A stretch of DNA of 64,000 nt from Camelus ferus (lineage: Eukaryota). The stretch is taken from the NCBI RefSeq assembly GCF_009834535.1, contig NC_045697.1, positions 4,900,001 to 4,964,000 on the forward strand. Direction: 5' to 3'. Within the stretch, counting starts at the first letter, position 1. Each line of letters starts with the position of its first letter. Positions 25,936-37,200 of this stretch are shown here, in pieces. The position numbers and the translations under genes were made by a program. The notes beneath the pieces are model-generated. The model was given only the letters and a program-made list of their open reading frames with translations. It did not search any database and was not told the origin of the DNA.

Positions 25936-28921
25936 AAGGTTCTGGGATAATTGTCACGCTATTCCATGAACCCCCCACCCCGGCCACTCTTCACTGGTGG
26001 ATGAATTGGTATCTCAACCAATTGTGATGCATTCTCTGGGCCTTTGCATTTGGGAGATACAGAAGGTCAGGGCAGTCTTTCTCACCACGTCCTGATTCAG
26101 AGATTCCTCCCCTCTGACCACCCTCCCTCTCCCCTCTAGAGCAAGGGACCACAAGCAACCAATGGACTGGGAAGTCTTTTAAATCCGGTTCACAGCAGCA
26201 GGTAAACAGCATGGAGCATCACTTAAAAGCTGGAGGCTGGCTGCTGTCCCCACAAGAAGTTTCTCTTTCAGGTGCTTTTCCTGGTGGAGGACAGAGTTTC
26301 CTTGTAGTGACAAGGGGCAGGGTGGCTCCAGGATCTCTATAGAGCAGGGACACAGGGCGCCAGCCTGGCTTGGAGGGATGGGGGGAGCGGGAGTGGAGAA
26401 ATTGCCTTAAAGCTGCTTCCGTTAAGCAGCACCCTCTGCTTCGTTAAAGAGCTGGGTTTGTGATGCTGAGACAATTCGGGAAGGGGGCCCCCAAGACAAC
26501 AATGCGGGGTCACTATTATGTAATAGGAAGTTCATGAAATTTGGATCCTGGCAGAAGGTTCAAATCTTGACTCTCCCACAAAGCATCTGGGTGGCCCCAG
26601 GCAAACTGTAGGTCATCTAAGAAGTTAGTCTTGCTCGTCTCTAAAATGTACACACTCCACAGAACGGAAACCGTACCAAGTTCCTTCCTGGCAGAGAGCG
26701 GGCCCGGAATGAGGGAGTTTCCCTCCCTCTTGTTCCTTCTAAGCTCTGGCCCCTCTTGGGACTCCAGGGGGAGGAGCAGGCTGGGCGTTGCCCACTGGGC
26801 TCCCTCCATGCCTGGCCTTTGCTGTGGCTTCTGGGAAGGTCACTGGCAGCTGTTTGACCTGAAGCCTGAAGTTGGCTGAGGGAGGAGGGGCAGGGATGGA
26901 GGGCTTACGGAGGGGGACGCGGTGGAGACTGCTTTCTGTAGAGATCAACTCGGACATAAAGCTTCCTGAAGCGGGAAGTGATGCCTCGCTTGGTAAGGAG
27001 CTCCGGCTCCTTTGCTTTGCACAGAGCCCCACGCGTTAACATGTGCACTCACGTGTAGCCCTGAAATTGACCTTCATAACTGCTCCGTGGAAAAGAGAGA
27101 GACGGAGTTAACCAGACCCCACTCATGGCTGTGGGAACTGACACTCAGAGATGTGGGGACTTGCTCAGAGCCTCCCAGTGGGGCCACGTGGTGCATGGTG
27201 GGGCTGTGATTTGAAGCCAGGTCTCCCACTCCAAAGTCAACTCTCGCTGGGCCAGTCTCAGACTGGGCGGGCTTGTGCCCGTTCCAGAGAGGAGCAGTGT
27301 ACCCAGAGGGGAGCAGCCTCCCAGCCATCACTGGAGACTTGGGCACGTGGAAGCCACTGCAGACCTCATGTGCTGGCTGCGTGCTGGCTGCTTGCAGGCC
27401 GAGGACCCTGGAAGGGGAAGGGGACCAACCCATGACTGGAGCAGAGGTGACTCTGATGGACGGAGTCCCTAAAGGAAGCTGAGAGGCAAGTCCTGGCATG
27501 GAGGCTGGGAAGCATCAGGAGGCAGGGACCCCAGGGTCAGTGTCACAGCATGGAACCCTCCCAAGACCAGCCCTACCTCGTGCTCAGGTGCTTTGAGAAG
27601 GTGAGGGAGGAGGCATAAAGGAAAGAACTGAGTTGTCTGCAGCTCAAGAGCTCTGGGTTGGATCCACCATTAAAAGAGATTATAACAAGTCAAAGCTGTG
27701 TCCCTAATGGCTGGAGAGAAAAAAATGGGGTGGAGACAGACACCTGGAGGTAAGGGTCACCGTTCATGGTGGCCAGGAACCACGATGGTCAACACAGCAG
27801 AAGAATGACAACAGCTGTGGGCACTCAGCTTCATGGGGCGCCACTTTTCCCCGCCAGTGGGGACGGGGATCTTCTGGCTAACACGAAAGTGCACTGCAGT
27901 TACTCAGGTCATGCAGCTTAGCGTTTACTATCACTACAAATGTCAACCCTTTTTAGTTACTGGCATGAGAAGCCAGATATATTTTGGTGGAGACAGGAAA
28001 GCCCTATTGATGTCACCAATTTCCAGCTTCTCTTGTTGCACCTGAATCCCACATCAGAAGGCGAATCCTAATGCAGATTCTTGCTTGGGTACATATTTCT
28101 TTAATCAGATTGCTTTTTCGACAACAAGACTAGGACTATGCACTCTGGGAATGGGGGTTGGATGAAGGAGAAGGGAAAACTCATTTGGAACTTGGGACTC
28201 AGGAGATATAGCTCTTAAGGGGGTGGGTGGGGACTGGGCACTTCTTTGGTGGGTGGGGAGAGGCAGCCTTTGGGAAATCACTGAGACCAGAAAAGAAAAA
28301 AGGTCTGGGAGTGGCGGTGGGGCCACAGGGGATCCTGCCAAAAGGAAGTTTCACCCACTCAGAAACTCTGTGCTGGGCTCACTCTCATCTAGTTCATTCA
28401 AAATAGATTACCCCTCATGAGCCAGGCACCGTTAGGACTGGGAGACAGGAGTGGGAGGAGGAGACAGACGTGAAGATCTGGCTTCTCTTAGGAGTTTGGA
28501 GGCAAGGAGGGCAAGCCATGGGCAAAAGTAACCTTGCTGTGCAGTTGGCAGCAATCAGAACCATAAGTTTACAGAAAATGCATGAGCGAGTACATGGAGG
28601 AGATCCCACCTGGCTTGGGCTAAGGTTACCAGGAAACCCGGAAGTCTTCATGGAAGAGGTGGAATTGGCCCATGAGAGGCACATATTTCGACATGTAGAG
28701 ATGGGAGCTGAAAGGCAGCTCAGGTAGGGAGGGCTGGGTGGGTAAAAGAAGGGAGGCGGCAGGTCAAGGCATCTGTATAGTTACCGTTCATCGGCACCCA
28801 TGTGTGTGCTGTATGAAGGCTTGAGTGGTAACTTGAGGAAATTTTAAGTGTTTTTCCTTAGGTGGAGAATTTTCTGTATTTTCCTCTATTGAATAGATTG
28901 TTATCTTTTCAAGTGTAAAAT

Positions 28922-29120
28922 AATGATGATGATGATGGTGGTGATGATGACGGCGACAGTGATGATGATGATGATGGTGGTGGTGGTGATGATGGCGATG
29001 AGGATGAGGATGACAATAATGGTGATGATGATAATGACGGTGGTGGTGGTGACGGTGATGATGAGGATGAGGAGGACAATAATGGTGATGATGGTGATAA
29101 TGATGAGAATGATAATAACA
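28922..29120. repeat. Compound (ATG/GTG/GAG)n triplet repeat
   Basis: Read directly. Has an internal 63-nt periodicity. Confidence 0.95.
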
Positions 29121-29164
29121 AATTATGATCAAGTTGCATAGAGCCTTGAATTGCCAAGTTTGGT

Positions 29165-29170
29165 TTTATT
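29165..29170 (-). terminator. STK32B distal candidate polyadenylation signal
   Basis: TTTATT on + is AATAAA on -, about 1.87 kb after the stop codon. Confidence 0.5.
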
Positions 29171-29322
29171 CTGTGGGCAAAGTAATCACATCGCTGACTT
29201 AGACCCTGCCCCATGTCTGTATGTTTTTCATTACACTTGATTCTTGACTCTAAGGGTACATTGCCCATCCCACCCAACCCTGAATAAGAACAAAGTTGTG
29301 AAAAGGAATGTCCAAGAAATAG

Positions 29323-29328
29323 TTTATT
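29323..29328 (-). terminator. STK32B proximal candidate polyadenylation signal
   Basis: TTTATT on + is AATAAA on -. U-rich downstream sequence on - (ctatttcttggacattccttttcac). Confidence 0.55.
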
Positions 29329-31037
29329 CTGAACAAGGAACAAGGCTGATTTGAACAGAGCCAGGAAATCCAGCATCTTGGGCCACTTCCAGCTCCTGCC
29401 CCCAGATGCATGAACTCAGCCCACTGAGGGATCCTAAGTGCTGCCAGCGTCACAGTGAAGAGAGAAGCAGCCCCGTTATTTCCTGGAGGAGACAGGATGG
29501 TGCCAACAGCAACAAAGGATGAAAAGTGTGCAAGACAAGTAGACATGTGGGCAACACCAACTAGAAACAGCCTTGGTTGAAGGAGGAATAATGATAATTT
29601 CTTTCCTTTTTTCAAATAAAAATATAAAACCAAGTGGCACATTAAAAAGTCTCTTAAGAAATCTAAGAGATGGCACTGAGAGTCCCTAGGGTTGATTTAT
29701 GATGTGAGTTGAACTTTCACAGGAATGTACAGACATCAGAGACTCCAGGAAGGAGAGTTCAAAGAATCTTAAACACCAGGCTTGTTTCTACAGAAAGCTG
29801 ATTCACCAAGTGAGTAAAACAGGAAGGTTTCTTCAAATGATGGTGATGACGATGTTGACGAAAAACCTGCTACCGTTCACAGAGCAGTATTTGCTGGGTG
29901 CATAACACACGGGACCCTAGTTAGCTAGTTTCATGATCCCCGTTTTAAAGCGTGGAGACAGACACTCGATTACGTGATTTGCCTGAGATCTTCTGGTTCG
30001 TAAACAGCAGGGCTGGATTCTGAACACAGTCCTGATTCCAAGTCTAAGCTTTATCCCTGATAGCATCTCCCAATTCAGACAAAGGGCTCCCTGAACAGAC
30101 CATAAAGTAGCTTGCTCTGTGTGAGCCCACCGTCCGCCTCGAGCAAACTGTCTAACCGCCGGGGCTTCCAAGCTTATCCACGTGGGGCTGCCTTGCTCAT
30201 GGCAGCTGGAGGTCCTCTTTGAGACAGTGCTGAGGAGATGACTTCTCACCCTTCCAGAAAAGAAAACGTGGACAGGGACGGCTGTGGGACTGCGTTTTGG
30301 GAGGAACTCTGATGACACTCTCTGAGACTGACTGATGGTCCCGCCACCCCAGCACCGGGCGTGGGAGTGGGGCGGGAATGGAGACCTGCTGAAATTGGAG
30401 GTGCATCAGGGGAGCAGTGTCTCTGCTGCCCCAGGACCTCGGGGACCAGGCTGGTCTGCAGGCCACACCACCTTGGAAGGTCAGAAAGACTGGCCTGGCA
30501 GAGGATGCGAATGAAGACACTTCCAGTTTTGCTCCAGGACTGGGGAATGGTGTTCCCACAGGCTGAGCAAACACAGCAGATGCTGAAGGGCTGTGCTTTC
30601 AAAAGTACTGTCTTAAGAGCCAGGATGGACCGAACTGCGACGTTGTGATGGTCTAATTGCTTTGGGAGATGGGAGTGCCTTTCAAATATTAAGGTTATAT
30701 TTTGCATGTGTAAACAATTGTACACATGTCAAAGGTTTTGCAGGTCTGCTACCCAACTGGAGTCTTCCAATAACCATGCGATCAGAGGTGGGGCAGAGAG
30801 CTGGTTCACCCCTCTGGCAGATGTGGCATATGGAGGCACGGAAAGGGCAAGGTGTCCACCGTCGTGCAGGGAACCAGCCAGGCAGCTGGGACCGGAATCC
30901 AGGCTCCCCAGCTCCAGGCTCAGGGCTCTCTGCATCTGATGTTACTGGGGGTGAGACAGGGCCATCACGGCACAGAGAGGGGCTTTGGGCGGTCAGGGCA
31001 GAGATGCTGCCATCTTGCCAGGAGCCGCAGCGGCGGC

Positions 31038-31176
31038 TTAGCTGCTGCAGCCGCGGGAGCAGGCGTGGGCGAGGATGTTGTTGTTGCGCCCGTCCTGGAG
31101 CTTGCCCTGGGCCTGGCTCCCAGCTCGGCCTTCTGTGTCCAAGAGCTGGCTGCCCTGGCCCTGCTGCCTCCTCAGC
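31038..31176 (-). CDS. STK32B: STK32B terminal coding exon
   Basis: Acceptor cttgtttgcag|G. Reads (K)[45 protein letters not shown], with TAA at 31040-31038. Confidence 0.95.
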
Positions 31177-33619
31177 CTGCAAACAAGCACAGCACAGCCC
31201 GGAGTTAACGACGCAGAGCGGGGACGTCCAGGGACACGGCCGGCCAAGCGGAGTGACGGAGGAGCCCTCCGCCCACGCCCCCCGCTGGCTGGGGAGGCAC
31301 ACCCTGTGACCGGAGCCAGGCAGGCTGGGGTTGGCGCCCAGCTCAGCGGCCTCTGATGAGCCACTTAACACACGGAGCCTCGATTTCTCCATCTGTAAAA
31401 TGGAGCTAATCATTCCTACCTCATGGCTGCTTGTGAAGTCTAGGCGATCATGTTTGTAATCTGCCTAAGTTCTCCCAGCGGGTAAAGGGGTGCGCCCCCA
31501 TCATCTGTTCATATGACACTGAGGACCAGCTACCGTGCCAGGGAGCAGAGGAAACCCTGGAGAGCAAGACAGTCAGGTTTTCTGTGCTCATCGAGCTGAC
31601 GGGGCAGACGGACACTAATCAAATTATCCCACAAATAAATATCCAAACAGAATGAGCCCCCAGGTTAGAAAATACCCCATGACAAACTGCTGAAGGAGTA
31701 CGAGTCTGAGCACTGCGTTTCCTAACAGCCGGCCGCTTGGCCACCTCCCACCTGACAGCAGCTGTCAGCACCCCTCTCCCTCTGGTTCTCGAGGTCAGGC
31801 CTTGCGCTGCCCCCCCGTGCCCCCACCGCTGTCGCTGCATGTGGAGGGTGCAGGCAGAAACTGAAACTGAGTGTTTAAGGAGGCAGTGAGGCGTCTGAGA
31901 AATGGGAGGAACTCAGCCGAAACCCTGGCTCTCGGCACCAGCCACTCGGGTCAGGGATCAAGGGGCTTCTGAGCCTCAGTTTCCCTAACGTTGGGGACGA
32001 TGTCCATCCCTTGGCAGGAGGCTGAGGGGAATCAGAGAATGTGCATGAAATGTCTAGTCGAGGGCCAGAAATAAATAATATTTCTCCAGTTTCTGCTTGT
32101 TTTGAAAGACGCGTTTCAGCTGGAATGTGCTTTTACATTAGTAAGTTCTGTTCAGCAGAGCGCAGGCCTACTGCCTGGCTTAGAAGAAAGAGCCGTTTTA
32201 CCCCACAAACATCCGTGTGTGCTTGTCACGTGCAGGGCGCCGTGGACGATCCCCAGATGCATACAACACAGTCCATGGCCTCGGATGGATCACAGCTGTG
32301 TGTATGCATGTGTGTGTGTGCGTGTGCACGGGGGGGATGCTTGTGTGTGTGTGTGTGCCTGTGTGCACGCGTGCACGCACGTGGTGGGGAAGTCTGCTGT
32401 TTGGGACTGTGTCAGCATCTGAGCGAGTCCTTCAGGTGATGCTGAAACACCAGCAGCAACACAGTGTAAGACAGTGAACTTGGTGGCCACTGGCCCATGT
32501 CCTTTGTCCACTCAGAGGGACTAGGCCGAGGTGTGCAGTCCCTCTGCCTCTGAGGCTTGCAGCTGCCCGGGTAGGGGAACTGGGAAAGGTGGCCGTGGAT
32601 AAAATAGATGACATACATCATCCTAGAAGAGGATGGGCTAGGACCCAGGAGAGAGCAGGGATCCAGAGGACCAAGCGTGCGGGGCGGGGAGAGGCTGGGA
32701 TGAGGGAGGAGGTATGGGGCTCCCCAGGCAAGGCTGGGACTGCCTGGGGATCTTGTTCCCCTGTCCCTTTACTCCTTCCCTTCCATTCTAAGGACTCTCT
32801 CTGGCACCTCTGGAGAGAAAATCAAATCAAAAGTAGGGACAACTCAAATGACTAAGAAGCCTATGGGAGCGAAAGGGCAATGCTTTTACTTCCAAAGCAG
32901 GACGCTGGCGTTTGGCTCACAGTCCGTAGCGCTGCATAATTCTGTGGGTATACTGCAAGATAAAGGTGAATGCCTTCACGGGTTTCTTTTAAAAGCCCAA
33001 GCACAGCACAGATAGCACGACTATCTCTAGACTTCTGTTCTTCTCTGATGATAACGCAAAATAGAGTTTCAAAAGCTGTATAATAAAGAGTGGAGCAAAG
33101 ATGAGGGAGTCCCAGTGAGGCAGAGATGGATTCTGAAATGTTGTATAGATGTGTAGATCTGGGAAGGCTTCCTGCAGGAGGCAGCATTTGAGCTGGCTTT
33201 AAGGATTGGTATGGAATGTGGGTAGCTGGAGGGAAGGAGGAGACTTGAAATGAAGGGACCAGAGTGAGGTAAGGGCAGGAAAGTCACAAAGAATATTGCA
33301 GGGTGGATCAGAGGCCTTTCTGGAGCCAATAGTTTGAGCCACTTCAGCTCCTCCTTTTGGCCAAAGCTATTTTAGAGTAGAGCTAGCTGTTTCGGGTCTC
33401 CCCGCCTCTGCGGAGGGTCATGCATGGAATACCGTGACCACGAGGACTGGAGGCCGAGAGCAGTGACTCCTTATAACTTACCACCCGGCTCAGCATGAGC
33501 CAAGGAGGCAGAAGCAAAAAGGAAGGACCTCTCTAGGGGGGCCCTATCCACCTACAGGTCTAGAAGACTGGATTCTAATCTAGTTCTGGGAGCCTCCAAA
33601 GCATTCTTCGCACTACATC

Positions 33620-34210
33620 AGCTCACTCAGCCACCCACCAACCACTCACATCCAGCCCCCATCCATCCATTTCCTATCTGTCTATCCATGTATTCATCCA
33701 CTGACACAGCCGTTCATCTATCCCATCCATCCATCCACCCATTCCAATATGTCCAACCATTTGTCCCACCCCCACCCCTCCTGTCCATCCCTACTCACCC
33801 ACCCGTGCACCCATTATCCATTCATCCACCCACCCACCTCCCATACACACAACCATCCATCGACCTCATCCATTATCCACCAACCATCAGTACCTCCCTC
33901 CACCCACCCATCTACTCCTCAGTCACCTGATTATCCACTTACTCACCTCTTCACCCATCCATTTCACCTATTCACTGTCCACCCATCATTCACACCTCCA
34001 TAGACCCCCTATTTACCCAGCCACCTGCACACCTATCCCCCGCTATCATCTATTCATCTACTGTCCATCCACCCATCCACCCATCATCCACCCACCACCC
34101 TTCCGCCTATCCATTCTTCCATCTATTCCCATCCCTCCATCCAGCATTCTACCCAGCCATCTGATCAGTGCCCACCCACCCCATCCGTCCCCTCCCCTTC
34201 CACTCATCCT
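33620..34210. repeat. Degenerate (CCAT/CCAC)n low-complexity tract
   Basis: About 590 nt with almost no G on the + strand. Confidence 0.9.
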
Positions 34211-37200
34211 TTCCACCAGCACTATCTGTGTGCTGGGCTCTATGTGCCAGGCTCACCGTGAAGGTTTGGGAAGAAGGACAGAGAGCAAACAGTGAACATC
34301 CCCTGTCCTGAAGTCTCTGCAGGAAGGACTCAGTGTGGCACAGCCTTCAGGGCCTGAGCTTAGAGCCAGGCTGTCTGGGCCTATCCCTGCATCTGCCACC
34401 GACTAGCCTTGTCACTCTGGGAGGCTGGGTTCAAACCCAGGGCTGTCTGTCTCCAAGACCCCTGCTCTTTCCACTGAATCCTATGGCATTCAATCATTTC
34501 CTAGAAGGAAGAGAGGATGGAATGACTTTTAAACTCTCTGAAGGGATCAGAAAGGCTCATTTTGCTCAGATAGGAACACAAACACCCAGACAATGCTATG
34601 AAGCCATATGGTTAGCCCCAAGAGCTCACTTCCATGACTCGCCCAGAGCCCAGTTATCTATAATTCAGGAGGAAATGAAAAAAGGTTTTACATATCTCAC
34701 TAGACGTAGCCCAAGCCTACGGATGCAAATTGGCGCATTATCTCCGCGATGGCAGGGACGTTTAATCTGCTTGGCCAGCTTATCAAATTAGTTGTCAGCT
34801 CTGTGACGGGAATTCTGAGCGACGGATGTGAACACGCTCACCCTCCCAAACTCAGGCACTAGACATCGGGAGGAAGCGCCCTGTGATGGAGAGCCCCATC
34901 AAGGAGAGCAGGGCGCATTAAAATTCCTAATAAATCGGGCTGGAGGCACTTGCAAAGCCAAGCACGACACAGGAATAAAACAAAACGGTGAGCAGTCAAA
35001 CGAATTTCAATCAAGCTATTTCACACACCGAGGATGGAGTCAGTTTAACTCTGACATCGATCTGTAGCCATCAATCTGGAGGTGAAGGCTGGCCTCCTGG
35101 ACGAGACAGACCAGCTTTCCTTTGTGCTGCGCGCTTTACGAAAGGAAAACATTTCAAGCTTTCACACCTATTCAGATCACTTCACTGGTTCTTCCTTGTG
35201 CATCTCCTGAGCTGGGTGGCATCACTGAGTGACACTGTGGCCTGTGGGGAAATGCAGGCTTTGGAGTCATCTGGGATTCATTCAGGACCCCAGCTTTGCC
35301 GTCACTGGCTGAGTGGTCTGGGGGAACTCACACAACTTCTTGAAGCCTCTCTTTCCTCAGCCACCTCATGGCCCCAGCATCACCTTCTTAAAGGAGAAGA
35401 TGAACTAAGGCGCGGTATCCAGGGGCCTTGTGACAGGCACCTTCACCTTATGAAGGGCAGCCATCTTTAGGATGTTGATCAGTGTGGAGGTACTCCCATT
35501 CCACAGATGGAGAAACTGAGGATCAGGAAGTAAAGCTTAACTTCCTGCCATAGTTCTGATGAACATCTCCCAACAAGGAGGCTACCAGAGATGATTCTGC
35601 AGAAAATCAAGGCATAAGATCCTGCGGAGTGAAGGGTACTAGAATGGGGTAGACACGAAGTGGCCAAGCCAGAAGTGGGTGAGAAAGGACAAGAGGCTCA
35701 GGGGGCGAGAATCCAGCCCCACAGGTCACGGCGGGGTCCACAGGGGTCTGCAAGCCAGGGAAGGCCAGGGCATGGAACTGAAGACTGGAACTAGGTCTCT
35801 GGCCTGGTTACTGGTCTCTCCTCCTCCGGGCTAGGGCCACAGTGTGTTGTCTCTGGCTTCATGGCAGCCAGCCTGGTGGCCAGTCTTGAGCAGATGCACA
35901 GCCACAGTGTGCTGGAAGGATGGGCAGATGAGAGCAGGGGTGAATGCCCAGGCACGTGTCCACCGCTCATTGGCAGCGTGTCTGCACAGCTTGGCAGACT
36001 CTGTCTCAGCCCACTGAGGGGAAAGGATGCCGGCCCCAGTGAAATGCGGTAACAGGTGTCCGCGCTGGGCAGAAACTGGGTGACCACTGGTGGAACTGGA
36101 GAGCTCACAGCCCTTGTGGATGACAGATTACGTGAGTCAACACTCAGGGAGCTTTTCTCTTGTGGCTAAGGGAGGTGGGATGGGTTGTTATTTGGTGTGT
36201 ACCTGTGCATGTGTGTTGGTTAAAAAGTTAAGGCAAGCTGATATCTGACACGGCACTTAATTGCCATCATACCCCACTGGTGTGCCAGCCGCGTACGTAG
36301 CTACCACTACTGGCAAACACCTGGGCAGTGCTGACTGACCACGGAGCAGGGGCTGCTAAGTGCTTAACACCTGGTGACTCAACGGTCCTGACAGCAACCC
36401 GCTAAAGTAGGTTTTAACACCCCATACTACAGATGAGGAAACTGAGGCACTAGTGTGAGGTCCGAGGTCACAAAGTGAGCATGGATTAGGATTCAAAACC
36501 AGAGGCTGTGCTCTTAGCTGCTATGTATACTGCCTCTCTATGGTCCATAAAAAACCAGAGTTGAAATTACCGGAAAGTTCTGGAAGGGCACACACCAAAT
36601 GGAGCGATGGTTGTCTGGCTGGGGATGGGGGTTGGATATTGAAGAGAAGAAAGCCAACGGTCCCCCGCTCTACCTGTTCGTACACTGCAAGAATCCCTTC
36701 TCTGGCACCACAGCGTCTTGACCCAAAACCCACTGCCCACCTCCCAAGACAGCCCCCTTCATGTGGGAACTGCTCACATCCTTAGAAAGTTCTCCTTCAT
36801 ATAGAATTGGGACTGAGAAATCTGCTGCCCGACAGCTCCTCCCCACTGGCCTTCGGTGTGCTTCCCGTAATTATTCAGATGATTCTAATTCCTCTCTCAA
36901 GGGACACTCCTTCAATTCTTAGAAGGCCCCTGAGCTGACCATCTTCCACTGTTCCCCAGGTCGGCTCTCCGCCGCTCTCCGCCTGCTCCCCTGCCTGGGA
37001 GTCTGACTTGTAGGAATCATATCAAGGGCTCCCAAGCCCTTGGGCTCCCAGCTGGGCGTCTTGGTAGAAATCAGGAGCAAGAGCGGTCAAGTTTGGGCAG
37101 CAAGTCCGCCGCCTCCTCCTCGCACTGTTGGCCTGAGCTGCTGGGAACGCTGGAAGGTTCCTGCTCCGATAAGGTAGCCTTCTCCTTGGATGGCCTCCCT

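Larger units (their letters stand above)
29145..31037 (-). other. STK32B: STK32B 3' UTR (about 1.7-1.9 kb, end approximate)
   Basis: Runs from the stop codon to two minus-strand AATAAA hexamers. Contains U-rich tracts and two MIR-like relics (~29900-30050, ~30740-30930). Confidence 0.6.

Noticed and set aside
28788..29376. Poly-His, poly-Met/Val and poly-Ser ORFs
   Set aside because: These are translations of the triplet repeat in different frames, with no splice or promoter context.
30662..31309. 215-aa + strand ORF
   Set aside because: Antisense shadow of the GC-rich STK32B last exon and UTR, with a non-ATG start.
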